Assembly (NCBI GenBank): GCA_965227515.1 | Contig: CBDDFZ010000001.1 | Coordinates: 992,001-1,056,000, forward strand | DNA length: 64,000 bases | DNA from: Alphaproteobacteria bacterium | GTDB lineage: Bacteria; Pseudomonadota; Alphaproteobacteria; CALKHQ01 | Reading direction: 5' to 3' | Shown: piece by piece, positions 20,123 to 29,978 of the stretch | How positions within the stretch are numbered: position 1 is the first letter of the stretch | Layout: the number at the start of each line of letters is the position of its first letter | Program-made: the position numbers and the translations under genes | The notes under the pieces: model-generated | Database searches by the model: none | What the model was told of the DNA's origin: nothing | Seen by the model: only the letters and a program-made list of their open reading frames with translations

Positions 20123-20887
20123 ATGACATACTGCGTCGGCATGCTGCTTCGCGACGGACTGATCATGGTGTCCGACACCCGCACCAACGCGGGCGTCGAC
20201 CACATCTCCACCTACCGCAAGATGACCGTCTGGCAGAAGCCCGGCGACCGCGTGATCGCGCTGATGACGGCGGGCAATCTGTCGGTGTCGCAGTCGGTGG
20301 TGAACCTGCTGAACGAGGCACTGCCGGAGGACGGCTCCGACCCCCCCGACGACCCGAACGCGCCCGACAACATCATGACCGCGCCGTCGATGTTCCGGGT
20401 CGCCCGGCTGGTCGGCGAGGCGGTGCGCCAGGTCCGCACCAACGAGAAGCCGACGCAACTGGCCGACGACAGCTCGTTCTCGGTCTCGCTGATGCTGGGC
20501 GGGCAGGTCCAGGGCCGCACCCTGCGCATGTTCCACATCTACGACGCCGGCAATTTCATCGAGGCCAGCGAGGACACGCCGTATTTCCAGCTCGGCGAGC
20601 ACAAGTACGGCAAGCCGCTGCTGGATCGCGCGATCACGTTCCAGACCGGGCTCGGCGACGGGCTGAAAGTGGCGCTAATCTCGATGGACTCGACCATGCG
20701 CTCCAACATGACCGTGGGCATGCCGCTGGACGTGGCGGTGATCCGGCGCGACCAGCCGGAAGTCGCCCTGCAGCACAGGATCGAGCCCGGCGACCCCTAT
20801 TTCAACGACATTCGCGAGCGCTGGTCTCAGGCGCTGCGCCACGCCTATACCATCCTGCCCGACGCCGACTGGGCCACGCTGGATTGA
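20123..20887 (+). CDS. Anbu proteasome-type NTN peptidase
   Basis: M-T(1)YCVG, SDTRTNAGVD, GE.KYGKP and SMDSTMRSNMTVGMPLD motifs. Confidence 0.92.
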   Translation: MTYCVGMLLRDGLIMVSDTRTNAGVDHISTYRKMTVWQKPGDRVIALMTAGNLSVSQSVVNLLNEALPEDGSDPPDDPNAPDNIMTAPSMFRVARLVGEAVRQVRTNEKPTQLADDSSFSVSLMLGGQVQGRTLRMFHIYDAGNFIEASEDTPYFQLGEHKYGKPLLDRAITFQTGLGDGLKVALISMDSTMRSNMTVGMPLDVAVIRRDQPEVALQHRIEPGDPYFNDIRERWSQALRHAYTILPDADWATLD

Positions 20888-20894
20888 GCCGGCG

Positions 20895-21401
20895 ATGACG
20901 GACCTGCCAGACTGGCCCACGGACATAACTGACAGCGGTCGCGCGCTGGCCGCCGGCACCTATTTCTTCGAGGATCTGGCGGTCGGCGACCACTGGAAGA
21001 CCGGCGCGATGACGCTGACCGACGCCCACATCGTGGGTTTCGCCGGGCTGTCGGGCGACTTCTTCGACCTGCACATGGACGACGAGTTCGCCCGCGACTT
21101 CGGGTTCTCCGCGCGTGTTGCCCACGGGTTGCTGGGGCTCTCCCTGCTGGACGGACTGAAGAATCGGGCCGACGTGCGCATCGCCGCCATCGCCTCGCTC
21201 GGCTGGTCATGGGACTTCAAGGGGCCACTGGTCTCAGGCGACCGCATCTCCGGCCTGGTTCGCATCAACCAGCTCCGCATGACCTCCAAGCCCGGCCGCG
21301 CGTTTTGCGAGCTGGCGCTCCGGCTGATCGGCAATGGCGAGACGATCGCCCAGGACGGCAGCACCCGCATGCTGATCCGTTGCCGAGAGAGTTCGGCCTA
21401 G
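20895..21401 (+). CDS. MaoC-family (hot-dog fold) dehydratase
   Basis: YFFEDLAVG, FAGLSGD...H.D and RVAHG motifs. Confidence 0.85.
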   Translation: MTDLPDWPTDITDSGRALAAGTYFFEDLAVGDHWKTGAMTLTDAHIVGFAGLSGDFFDLHMDDEFARDFGFSARVAHGLLGLSLLDGLKNRADVRIAAIASLGWSWDFKGPLVSGDRISGLVRINQLRMTSKPGRAFCELALRLIGNGETIAQDGSTRMLIRCRESSA

Positions 21402-21541
21402 GGCCTTTTCAGGGCGGTTTCGCCCAAACCGTGATGATTTCGGGGCACCGCGCAGGGTTGGCTCCCAGGCGGCGTGGAAGGCGCATCGACCGGCCAAAGA
21501 ACGGCTGGTCATGCCAACCAACGCCGATAAGGAGTGCCACC

Positions 21542-21982
21542 ATGATCAAGACCGCCATTCTCGCCGCCGGCCTCGCCGTTGCCACCACCGCCACTGCCCT
21601 GGCGCAGATTTCGGCCACCACCGCCGGTCAGGACATGCTGCACGAGATGGAGATTTCGCTGGTCACCGCCAACAACCGGTTGGCGCAGGTGCCGCTCTCC
21701 GACCTGTCGCAGGTGACCGACATCATCGCGCATCTGGGCAACGACGCCCGCGTCGTGCACGACGCCTTCTACAACAACCCGGTCGACACCAGTGGCGTGT
21801 GCAGCCGCGACGACATCATCCAGACCATGGACGAGCTGAACCACGTGGTGCTGACCTATCGCGACAACCTCGGCAACCCGCCGGCCGACCTTGTCCTCGC
21901 CTTCGAGTTGCTGACCGACCGTCTCGACACCATCGAGCACCGTCTGGCCGACGCGATGAACCAGGCCGAGGCCGGTTGCTGA
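21542..21982 (+). CDS. Hypothetical secreted helical protein
   Basis: AAGGAG RBS; Sec signal MIKTAILAAGLAVATTATALA|Q; two Cys; followed by a GC hairpin at ~22005-22030. Confidence 0.7.
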   Translation: MIKTAILAAGLAVATTATALAQISATTAGQDMLHEMEISLVTANNRLAQVPLSDLSQVTDIIAHLGNDARVVHDAFYNNPVDTSGVCSRDDIIQTMDELNHVVLTYRDNLGNPPADLVLAFELLTDRLDTIEHRLADAMNQAEAGC

Positions 21983-22116
21983 TCGGGGAATAGTTTGCTC
22001 GAGCGGGGGCGGTCAGCAATGGCCGCCCCTTCTTGCGTGTTCCGATGCCGAAAATTTGAGCCAACAACTGACCGTTGCGGTTATCCGGATATTAATCCAC
22101 GCTGCGCGAGGATCGC

Positions 22117-22218
22117 TCAAGTCGGCACCGGCCCTCTCCCCCACCCGGCCACCCAGCAGGATACTATCGTTGGGCGGCCGGGTGGGGGAGCGGGCTGGCG
22201 CCGATTCAGCGCAAGCTG
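22117..22218 (+). repeat. Hairpin MITE copy B (loop in CAGGATACT orientation)
   Basis: Same arms and TCAGC-GCAA-GCTG tail as the other copies. Confidence 0.9.
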
Positions 22219-22272
22219 TTATTGATCCACGTGACATAGGCACGTCGACGACCCCGAAGTTGGACCTGCCAG

Positions 22273-24567
22273 ATGGCGACCCTGAACCGCAGAACACTGC
22301 TGCGCGGATTGGCCGGCTGCGGCGCGATGAGCGCCACGGCGGCGTGCGGCGGCCTGCGCTCGGCGACCGGCCCGGCCGGACCGGCCAGCGGCGCGGGCTT
22401 GGCGTCCACGGCTGACGTATCGGCCGAACTCAACGACCTTTCCAGCCTGCGCGCCCATCCGCCGATCGACGGCGTGGTGGTGCGGGTCGCCGGCCACACA
22501 TTGCCGGGCGACGGCGGCGGCGGCGTGTTCACCTGGGTGCCCGGCGCCAATTTTGCCGACGACGACGGCATCTATGTCGCCTCCCAGCTCATCGCCGAGG
22601 GGCGGTGGGTGCGCGACTATGGCGATGAGCGCCTGAACGCGAAGTGGTTCGGCGCCAATGGCGATGGCGCGCGCAACGACGGGCCGGCGCTGGAACGCGC
22701 CATGGCCTGCGCCGCCGCCATGAGCACGCCCCTGGTCATTCCGTCCGGGCGCTATCTGGTGACCAGCAACGTGAATGCCGAGGTGGCGGCGGGCGAAGAA
22801 CTACGCGTGATGGGCGAGGGCGCCACCATCGTGCGCACCGGCGGCGACGGCCGGCTGCGCTTCGATGCGCCGCTGGTGACCACCGCCCGCCTGGCACAGA
22901 CGGTGGCGCAGGGCGACACCCAGGTCGTGGTCGACGATCCGGGTGGTGTCGCACCCGGCGACATCATGGAGATCATGACCGGCATCCGGGTGTCGTCGGT
23001 GCGCGAGAGCAGCTGGACCATGACCTGGTTCGGCACCGTCACCGCTGTCAACGGCAACCGCATCACCCTGGACGGCCCGTCGGACTATCGCTTCCACCCC
23101 TTCCGACGGCTGACCTACCGGATGGACGGCAACACCCGCGACGTGGTCTACCGCATCTTCTTCGGCGGCGAGGAACGCGACGTGGTGGTCAAGCTGGACG
23201 GCCGCACGCTCAGGGCTGGCGCCGACTACGCGATCTCCGGCAATCCGGTCAGCGGCTACGACATCAGCCTCAATGCCGCTCCGCCCGCCGGCGCGATGCT
23301 GTCCCTGGAGACCCGGGAATCGATCGCCGCGCGCTTCTTCCGCGGCGGCCGCCTGCATGTCAGCGGGCTGAAGTTCGAGTCCGATTTTCTGGTCGCCGGT
23401 GGCGTGACCTACGTCGACAGCCGCGGCCTCGCGCCGCGCGGTGCGCGCTTCAGCGATATCGAGATGCACGAGGCGAACCCGCCGCATTACCCGCAAACCG
23501 GCTACCCCAGCGGGCAAAGCTTCGACCTGTTCGACGCCGGGCTGATCGAGGGCCTGGTGGAGAACGTCACCGTCTATGGCGGCCGTTATGCGGTGAAGGC
23601 CGGCAAGGGGCGCAAGACCGTCTATCGCAACATCGTCGGCCGCAAGTGCTGGGCCGTGTTCGCATCGTTCAGCGCCGCCGACAACCACGTGCGCTCGCTG
23701 AAGGCCATCGACTGCACCCTCGCCGCCGACAGCCACTATGCCCACCGGCAATTCGTCGACGGGGTGGAATCGGTCAATGGCTATGACGGCATGAACCACC
23801 GCGCCAATGGCGGCGTGCTGCGCAATGTGCAGGTGGTGAACACCCGCTCGCCCGGCTCGCCGGGCCTGCCGTTCGGCGTCAGCCAGGGCTCGCCGCTCTA
23901 TGACCACCTGATCGCCGACCCCCAGGACAACCCGTTCTTCATGTACGTGCACGCCGAAAACGGCATCGCCAACGACATGCTGATCGAGAATGCGCGCTTC
24001 TCGGCACCCGGCGATGGCGAGGGCTATGGCCTGTCAGGCACCCTGCTGCACCGGCTGACCTTGCGCGACGTGGACACCGACGGCTACTTCTCCATCGACG
24101 GCAACGGGCCGCCGCCGATCCGCCACCTGGACATCGACGGCTTCACCTGCCGGGCGGCCAATCTGCGCGGCATCACCGACACCATCTCGGCACGCGGGCT
24201 GGTGTGCGGCCGGATACGCCTGTCGGGCAGCAGTGCCGGCATTGACGGCCAAGGCGCGATCACGTTCGCCGATTGCACCATCGACGGCGCGATGGCCGGC
24301 CGCGACGGCCTGTTGGAGGACGACGGCCCCAATGGTCATGGCGAGCGCCACTTCACCGATTGCCGTTTCGTCAACGCCGAGCGGCTGTTCGTGCCGGGCG
24401 CGTGGGCGAACGCATCCCACAACACGCGCCGTTATGTGTTCGAGCGCTGCCACTTCGACCTCTCGGCCGCCAGTGCCGACGATGCCTATCCCGCGCCGGC
24501 CAGCGAGAACGGCGCGCTGGTGTTCCGTGACTGCACGTTTGCCGGCGTCGCGCCGCCAACCGGCTGA
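22273..24567 (+). CDS. Tat-exported lipoprotein with phage tailspike-like N-domain and pectin-lyase-fold beta-helix
   Basis: NRRTLL Tat motif plus lipobox Cys; GDGGGGVFTW...DDDG...GRWVR; LNAKWFGANGDG..ND..A...A..IPSGRY (Pectate_lyase_3-like start); parallel beta-helix-like repeats. Confidence 0.75.
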   Translation: MATLNRRTLLRGLAGCGAMSATAACGGLRSATGPAGPASGAGLASTADVSAELNDLSSLRAHPPIDGVVVRVAGHTLPGDGGGGVFTWVPGANFADDDGIYVASQLIAEGRWVRDYGDERLNAKWFGANGDGARNDGPALERAMACAAAMSTPLVIPSGRYLVTSNVNAEVAAGEELRVMGEGATIVRTGGDGRLRFDAPLVTTARLAQTVAQGDTQVVVDDPGGVAPGDIMEIMTGIRVSSVRESSWTMTWFGTVTAVNGNRITLDGPSDYRFHPFRRLTYRMDGNTRDVVYRIFFGGEERDVVVKLDGRTLRAGADYAISGNPVSGYDISLNAAPPAGAMLSLETRESIAARFFRGGRLHVSGLKFESDFLVAGGVTYVDSRGLAPRGARFSDIEMHEANPPHYPQTGYPSGQSFDLFDAGLIEGLVENVTVYGGRYAVKAGKGRKTVYRNIVGRKCWAVFASFSAADNHVRSLKAIDCTLAADSHYAHRQFVDGVESVNGYDGMNHRANGGVLRNVQVVNTRSPGSPGLPFGVSQGSPLYDHLIADPQDNPFFMYVHAENGIANDMLIENARFSAPGDGEGYGLSGTLLHRLTLRDVDTDGYFSIDGNGPPPIRHLDIDGFTCRAANLRGITDTISARGLVCGRIRLSGSSAGIDGQGAITFADCTIDGAMAGRDGLLEDDGPNGHGERHFTDCRFVNAERLFVPGAWANASHNTRRYVFERCHFDLSAASADDAYPAPASENGALVFRDCTFAGVAPPTG

Positions 24568-24690
24568 AAGCGGCCGCCAGCGCCGGCCATGCGGGCAGGG
24601 ACCCCGCGCATATTAGTCAAATTTTAGCCGAATGCCGGCAAGCTGCGGCTGTTTGCCGATGAGCACGCCGCTGACGGAAGGGCTCGGTCC

Positions 24691-25086
24691 GTGAATGTTC
24701 GATCGATAAACTGCCTGGTCGTGGATGATTCCAAGGTCGTCCGGTCCGTCGCCCGCCGCATCCTGCATGAGCTGGATATCGACGTGGCCGAAGCCGAACA
24801 CGGCGAAGAGGCGCTGCGGATGATCCGCCGGGACATGCCCGACGTGATCCTGCTGGATATGAACATGCCTGTGATGGACGGCATGTCGTTCCTGCACCAT
24901 GTGCGCGACGAATTCGGAGAGTTCGGCCCTACTGTGATCTGCTGCTCGACCGAGAACAGCGCCACGCAGGTGCAGAAGGCGATCGAGGCCGGTGCCAGCG
25001 AATACATCATGAAGCCGTTCGACGACACCATCATTCGGCTGAAGCTGGAGCAGATCGGCATCCTGCGCGACCGGCTTGCAAGCTAG
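24691..25086 (+). CDS. Single-domain response regulator, CheY-like
   Basis: LVVDDS, LLDMNMPVMDG and YIMKPF motifs. Confidence 0.92.
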   Translation: MNVRSINCLVVDDSKVVRSVARRILHELDIDVAEAEHGEEALRMIRRDMPDVILLDMNMPVMDGMSFLHHVRDEFGEFGPTVICCSTENSATQVQKAIEAGASEYIMKPFDDTIIRLKLEQIGILRDRLAS

Positions 25087-25152
25087 GCAATCGGTTTCTT
25101 CTTTGTGGATCTCAGTGCGCCGCCGACGAAACGGCGCGCGCGCAATTTGTCG

Positions 25153-25167
25153 TTAATGCCACGTTAA
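25153..25167. promoter_or_regulatory. CtrA-binding site (TTAA-N7-TTAA)
   Basis: TTAA TGCCACG TTAA, ~50 bp upstream of the hybrid kinase. Confidence 0.75.
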
Positions 25168-25216
25168 GCTGGGGGCGCGACTCTGTCTGCAACGATTGCG
25201 ACTCAAGGCAAAGTGC

Positions 25217-28200
25217 ATGTCCCGTAGGCCCCTGCCAGTCCAGGCAATGCTGGCGCTGTTCATACTGGCGATCATCACGGTGTTGATCGTCGGCGGCAGC
25301 ATTGGCGCCTACATCATTGCCGAGGACAGGGCGACCGAGACAGGCGAACGCTCCATCGAGCAGACCGGACGCGTGCTGCAGAAGGAGATCGCGCGCTCGC
25401 TGCAACTGCGCGCGATGGCCGCCGGTGCCCAGGCGACAATGCTCGGCACGCTCGGTGGGCCGTGGCGCGACAGCAGCTTCGGCAACGATCTGGGCCACGA
25501 ACTGGCCGACCAGCCGCCGGGCTACGTCATCGTCGCCAACCGGGACGGGACCATCATCGCCGCCGACCGGCCGCGTTTCGTCGGCCTGTCTGTGGTTATC
25601 CCCGAGACCGACAGCCGCTTGTCTTTGCACAACCAGGCTGAAGTGTTCGGCCAGCTTGGCGTGGAGGCATCCGCGTTGCCGCGCGGCCATTTCGCCTTGG
25701 CATGGCAGCAGCCACTGGCCGCCGACGACCCAATGAGTGCCGCACAGTCCGGCGGGTCGGAGATCCTGTTGATCACCGGCGTCCAGACACTGGAAGTGTT
25801 GCGGCTTCTGGAAGCCGCCGTTGACGCCAAGGGCGGGTTTGCCGCGCTGCTGTCGGACGACGGCCGCGTCCTCACGGCGTTGCCCGAAGCCTCCGGCGCC
25901 GATGCGCGCGCGATGGTCGGACCGCGGCTGGCGCTGTTGAGCGAGACGACGCCGCCCTTCACCGAGCTCCTGTCCGGCACGATTGCCGGGACCGAGACCG
26001 ACTGGTTGCTGTCGGCTCGCGCGATCCCGCAAACCAACCTGGTCGTGATGGTGGGTGTGCCGGCCGACGCCGTGATCGCGGCCGCCGACATGGACGGCTG
26101 GGTGCTTGCCATCGTGCTCGGCCTGTCGCTGAGCGCGCTGGCGGTCCTGACCTACTGGCTGGTGCGCGCCGCCTACAGGCAGCGCAGCATCGAAAGCGAG
26201 CTGGCGACCATCACCGAGCGCCTCAACCTCGCGTTCGAGGGCAGCAACGACGGCGTCTGGGACTGGGACACCGAGCGCAACCGCGCGTTCTATTCGGCCC
26301 GCTGGTGCGAGATGCTGGGCTACCGCCCGGAAGATGTGGAGCAGGTGCCGCAGAGCTGGATGACGCTGCTGCATCCCGACGACGTGGACGATGTGCGCAA
26401 CGCCATGCAGGCACACCTGGACGGCAGGGTCGCGGTCTATCAGCACGAGCACCGGATGCGCTGCGCCGACGGCCGCTATCTGTGGGTGGAGTCGCGCGGC
26501 AAGGCCCCCGACGCCCCCGACGGCCGCCGGTATCGCATGGTCGGCACCATGACCGACATCGAGGAGAAGAAGCGGCAGGAGCAGGTCATCCTGGCCGCCC
26601 GCGACGAGGCGGAAGCGGCGGATCGGGCGAAGAGCGACTTTCTGGCCACCATGAGCCACGAGATCCGCACCCCCATCAACGGCGTGCTGGGCATGACCAC
26701 GCTGTTGCTGCGCACCGCGCTGACCTCCGCCCAGAAGCGCTATGCCGATACCATCAAGAGCTCCGGCGAGACCTTGCTGGCGATCCTGAACGACATTCTG
26801 GACCTGTCGAAGCTGGAAGCGGGCAAGCTGGACCTGGAGCACGCCGACTACCGCGTCGCCGACGCGGTTGGCGCCGTGGTCCGCCTGTTGGAGCCGCACG
26901 CGCGCTCCAAGCGGCTGCAACTGGCATATGACCTGTCGGGCATCGACACCAAGTACCTGCACGGCGACCAGACGCGGCTGCGCCAGGTCCTGTTCAACCT
27001 GGTCGGCAATGCGATCAAGTTCACCGACGAAGGGCGCGTCACCGTCACCGGCCAGACCACGACGCTGCGCGACGGGCGTGTCGCCCTGGCGTTCGAGGTG
27101 ACCGACACCGGCATCGGCCTGACCGCGGACCAGATGTCCCGCCTTTTCCAGAAGTTCCACCAGGCCGACGTCTCGACCACCCGCCGGTTCGGCGGCACCG
27201 GCCTCGGGCTCGCGATCTGCCGCCGCTTGGTCAGTGCCATGGGTGGCGAGATCACGGTCGAGAGCACCGAGGGCGAGGGTGCGACCTTCCGCTTCTACAT
27301 CGTGTGCGACAAGGCCTCAGCCCCGGTACCGCCCCTGCACGCCGACGATACGGCCCGTCAGGCAAGTTCGATTCCGCCCAGCCTGACCGTACTGGTGGCC
27401 GAGGACAACGACATCAACCGTACGCTTGTACGCGAGCTGTTGGGGCCGCACGTACGGCGCCTGGACATGGTCGAGGACGGCGCGCGGGCCATACAGGCGG
27501 CGCGCGCCTTTGCCTATGACGTTGTCCTGATGGACGTGCAGATGCCGGGCACCGACGGGCTGTCGGCCACCCGGCAGATTCGCGCGCTTGGCGGCCATTG
27601 GGCCGACTGCCCGATCATCGCGCTGACGGCCAATGCCATGGCCGACCAGATCAAGAAATACCTCGACGCCGGCATGACCGACTACATTACCAAGCCGGTC
27701 GATTGGAACCGCCTGTTCTCCATGCTTGCCGGGATCACCCCGCTTGCGGGTGTCCCAGCGAATGCCGGTCCGAGCACGGCTTCCGACGAAGCCCGCAAAA
27801 CGCCCGAGGGAGATGCCACTGGCGCCGCGACCGACCAGAGTCCGGTCGAAGACCATGGCTTCTCGTCCCTGGACCTGCTCGACGAACCGGCATTGGCCGA
27901 GATCGTGCGCGTGATCGGCCAGCCATCGGTCGCCGACCTGCTCGACACACTGCTCGCGCAGTCGGACCAGTGCGTCGCAACTCTGCGGTCCGCCACCGCG
28001 GCCTCGGAATACCGCGTGCTGGGCCACACCCTGGCCGGCGCCGCCGGCAATTGCCGGGCCACGCGCCTGTCCGCCATCGGTCGCGCGGTCGAGAGTGCCG
28101 CCGGCGATCCGCTCTCCATCGCGCACCTGACGGGCGTGCTGGCCACGACCGTGGCGGCAACCCGGGCGGCGGTCGAGGAATGGAAGGCGCGCAACGCCCC

Positions 28201-28291
28201 AAAGCCCTCGTCAGATAAGGGGCCCACGCCCGACGAGGGGCCGGCGGCGGATGACGATCCGCACCAGCCGCCGATGGTGGTGAACGGTTAG
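25217..28291 (+). CDS. Hybrid sensor histidine kinase (periplasmic sensor-PAS-HisKA-HATPase-REC-Hpt)
   Basis: Two TMs; PAS (GVWDWD..HPDD); MSHEIRTP H-box; NAIKFT, DTGIG and GGTGLGL boxes; LMDVQMP receiver; HTLAGAAG Hpt. Confidence 0.95.
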   Translation: MSRRPLPVQAMLALFILAIITVLIVGGSIGAYIIAEDRATETGERSIEQTGRVLQKEIARSLQLRAMAAGAQATMLGTLGGPWRDSSFGNDLGHELADQPPGYVIVANRDGTIIAADRPRFVGLSVVIPETDSRLSLHNQAEVFGQLGVEASALPRGHFALAWQQPLAADDPMSAAQSGGSEILLITGVQTLEVLRLLEAAVDAKGGFAALLSDDGRVLTALPEASGADARAMVGPRLALLSETTPPFTELLSGTIAGTETDWLLSARAIPQTNLVVMVGVPADAVIAAADMDGWVLAIVLGLSLSALAVLTYWLVRAAYRQRSIESELATITERLNLAFEGSNDGVWDWDTERNRAFYSARWCEMLGYRPEDVEQVPQSWMTLLHPDDVDDVRNAMQAHLDGRVAVYQHEHRMRCADGRYLWVESRGKAPDAPDGRRYRMVGTMTDIEEKKRQEQVILAARDEAEAADRAKSDFLATMSHEIRTPINGVLGMTTLLLRTALTSAQKRYADTIKSSGETLLAILNDILDLSKLEAGKLDLEHADYRVADAVGAVVRLLEPHARSKRLQLAYDLSGIDTKYLHGDQTRLRQVLFNLVGNAIKFTDEGRVTVTGQTTTLRDGRVALAFEVTDTGIGLTADQMSRLFQKFHQADVSTTRRFGGTGLGLAICRRLVSAMGGEITVESTEGEGATFRFYIVCDKASAPVPPLHADDTARQASSIPPSLTVLVAEDNDINRTLVRELLGPHVRRLDMVEDGARAIQAARAFAYDVVLMDVQMPGTDGLSATRQIRALGGHWADCPIIALTANAMADQIKKYLDAGMTDYITKPVDWNRLFSMLAGITPLAGVPANAGPSTASDEARKTPEGDATGAATDQSPVEDHGFSSLDLLDEPALAEIVRVIGQPSVADLLDTLLAQSDQCVATLRSATAASEYRVLGHTLAGAAGNCRATRLSAIGRAVESAAGDPLSIAHLTGVLATTVAATRAAVEEWKARNAPKPSSDKGPTPDEGPAADDDPHQPPMVVNG

Positions 28292-28347
28292 AGCCTGTAA
28301 AGGCGGCACTGACCCTCTCCGCCGCCCGGCAACCCGGCGAATCAGAC

Positions 28348-29961
28348 TCAGTCGCCTTCGAACGTCACATTGGCTGCCGACCAGTTGCCCGCCTTCAGGT
28401 CGCCGGGGTCGATCCAGAACTGACAGACACCGGCACTGGCGAACGACCAGCACATCATGTCGTCGGAGGCGAACTGAATAAGGAGGTGCCTGCCGGTATT
28501 CTCCATCGCCGCATTGCCCTGGATGGAGATCGGCACGCCGAACATTTGATGCCAGCCATGGATCGGCAGCCGGTAGTCGCGGTCGATCTTCGTCCGCACC
28601 CCCTCCGGCAAGGTGGCGAACGTATCCCGGTCCGCCACCGCCATTTGTAGCAGCGTCATGTCTTCGACCGTTCGAAGCAAATGGCCACGGCTGGGCAGAA
28701 ATGCCCGGAACCGCCCCAACGCCTGTTCAAGGACGGCTTTCAAGTGCTGCGCGTCCTGACTGGACATCCGCGTCCAGGGGTCGTTATCGCCGGCCCAGGC
28801 CTGAACCTCGGCGACGAATGCGGCGAACGCCTCCCGCTCCTGGAGCTGCTGTCGCTGGCCGGCAATCCGCGCAAGTAACCGCAGCTGCCAACCCTCACGC
28901 GCCGGGCGGATCGACAGCAAGGACGCGCCCAGCATATCGGCCATCTCTAGCGCGGTGCGCCACCATTGCGGCCGCGCCGCGATATCGGCCTCCTCAAAAA
29001 CAGCCTCCGCGGCGAGATTGAACTGCCGCCGCCGATACGCGTCGGACAGCATACCCTCCAGTTTCCGGATTGCCGTGTCAGGGCCTGCGTCGTTGGTCGT
29101 TTCGACAGCTATCAGGTCAATTGGCCAGCACGGAAACAGCGGCGCGCCTGTTCGGTCGCCCGTATAGCCCAGCCGGCCGCCGACCTCTTGAAGATCGGGC
29201 AGGCCGGCGGGTGGCGTGGTATTTTCCCCGTCCTCGCCGGCAGGGACGTGGATTACCGCGCCATCGGCGTTCGCCGAAATGAAGAAGGCAAGAGCACCGT
29301 TCCGGGGCAAGTCCGGCATGGCGGCAACGCGCTGGATGGCCGCCAGATCGATCTGCGCCAGATGGTGCATCGGTCGCCCACCGGCCAGGGGCCAAGGCCG
29401 GCTGCCCAGCCTCGGCGCCCCACCCAACCAGCTTGTCGCCGTCTCCCATCGTCCATCCCCGCGGGCCTGCCGCACGAGCACAATGGCCGGTCGCGAATGG
29501 CTGACGGACTCACCATCCAGGAACTGGGCGACGAATGCATCGCCCTTGTCCCACAGGTACTGCACCGCCGGTGCCACGGCCTGGATCACGCGCGAGAAGT
29601 CCGCGCGCCCCTTGGGCGACAGTTGGCCCGACGCCCCCCTGTCCAGTGGGGCGCTTAGGAATGCCGGCAGTTCGCTTTGCAGGATGGCGATTGGCTCCAG
29701 AACCATCGGGTAGCGCTCGATCGGATCGCCGATATTCTCGATCACGTCGTAGAAGATCTTGACCGCCAGTTGCCCACCAATCGAAAGCTGCTCGAAGCCG
29801 GGCGCATCGCTCAGATCGCGAATGTCGTTGCGTGAGTCCAAGATGGCCGCCGGCAGCAGCGCATAGGCGCCCGCTTTGGACCCCCCAATGTCGTCTCGCT
29901 GCCGCAGGCGTCGCAGCCCTTCGGCATAGGCATCGCGAACAGGCTGCTCTATAGACGTCAC
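28348..29961 (-). CDS. DUF1963/YwqG-family protein
   Basis: SWLGGAP.L..WP...G.PMHHLAQIDL and C-terminal HQMFG....Q...LLIQFASD....W.F...G..QFWI...DL..GNW; lower GC3 than neighbours. Confidence 0.75.
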   Translation of the reverse strand: MTSIEQPVRDAYAEGLRRLRQRDDIGGSKAGAYALLPAAILDSRNDIRDLSDAPGFEQLSIGGQLAVKIFYDVIENIGDPIERYPMVLEPIAILQSELPAFLSAPLDRGASGQLSPKGRADFSRVIQAVAPAVQYLWDKGDAFVAQFLDGESVSHSRPAIVLVRQARGDGRWETATSWLGGAPRLGSRPWPLAGGRPMHHLAQIDLAAIQRVAAMPDLPRNGALAFFISANADGAVIHVPAGEDGENTTPPAGLPDLQEVGGRLGYTGDRTGAPLFPCWPIDLIAVETTNDAGPDTAIRKLEGMLSDAYRRRQFNLAAEAVFEEADIAARPQWWRTALEMADMLGASLLSIRPAREGWQLRLLARIAGQRQQLQEREAFAAFVAEVQAWAGDNDPWTRMSSQDAQHLKAVLEQALGRFRAFLPSRGHLLRTVEDMTLLQMAVADRDTFATLPEGVRTKIDRDYRLPIHGWHQMFGVPISIQGNAAMENTGRHLLIQFASDDMMCWSFASAGVCQFWIDPGDLKAGNWSAANVTFEGD

Positions 29962-29978
29962 ACCGTCGGGCTCTGCTG

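Noticed and set aside
22273-24567. Prophage
   Set aside because: Only one tailspike-like gene; no integrase, capsid, terminase or att sites nearby.
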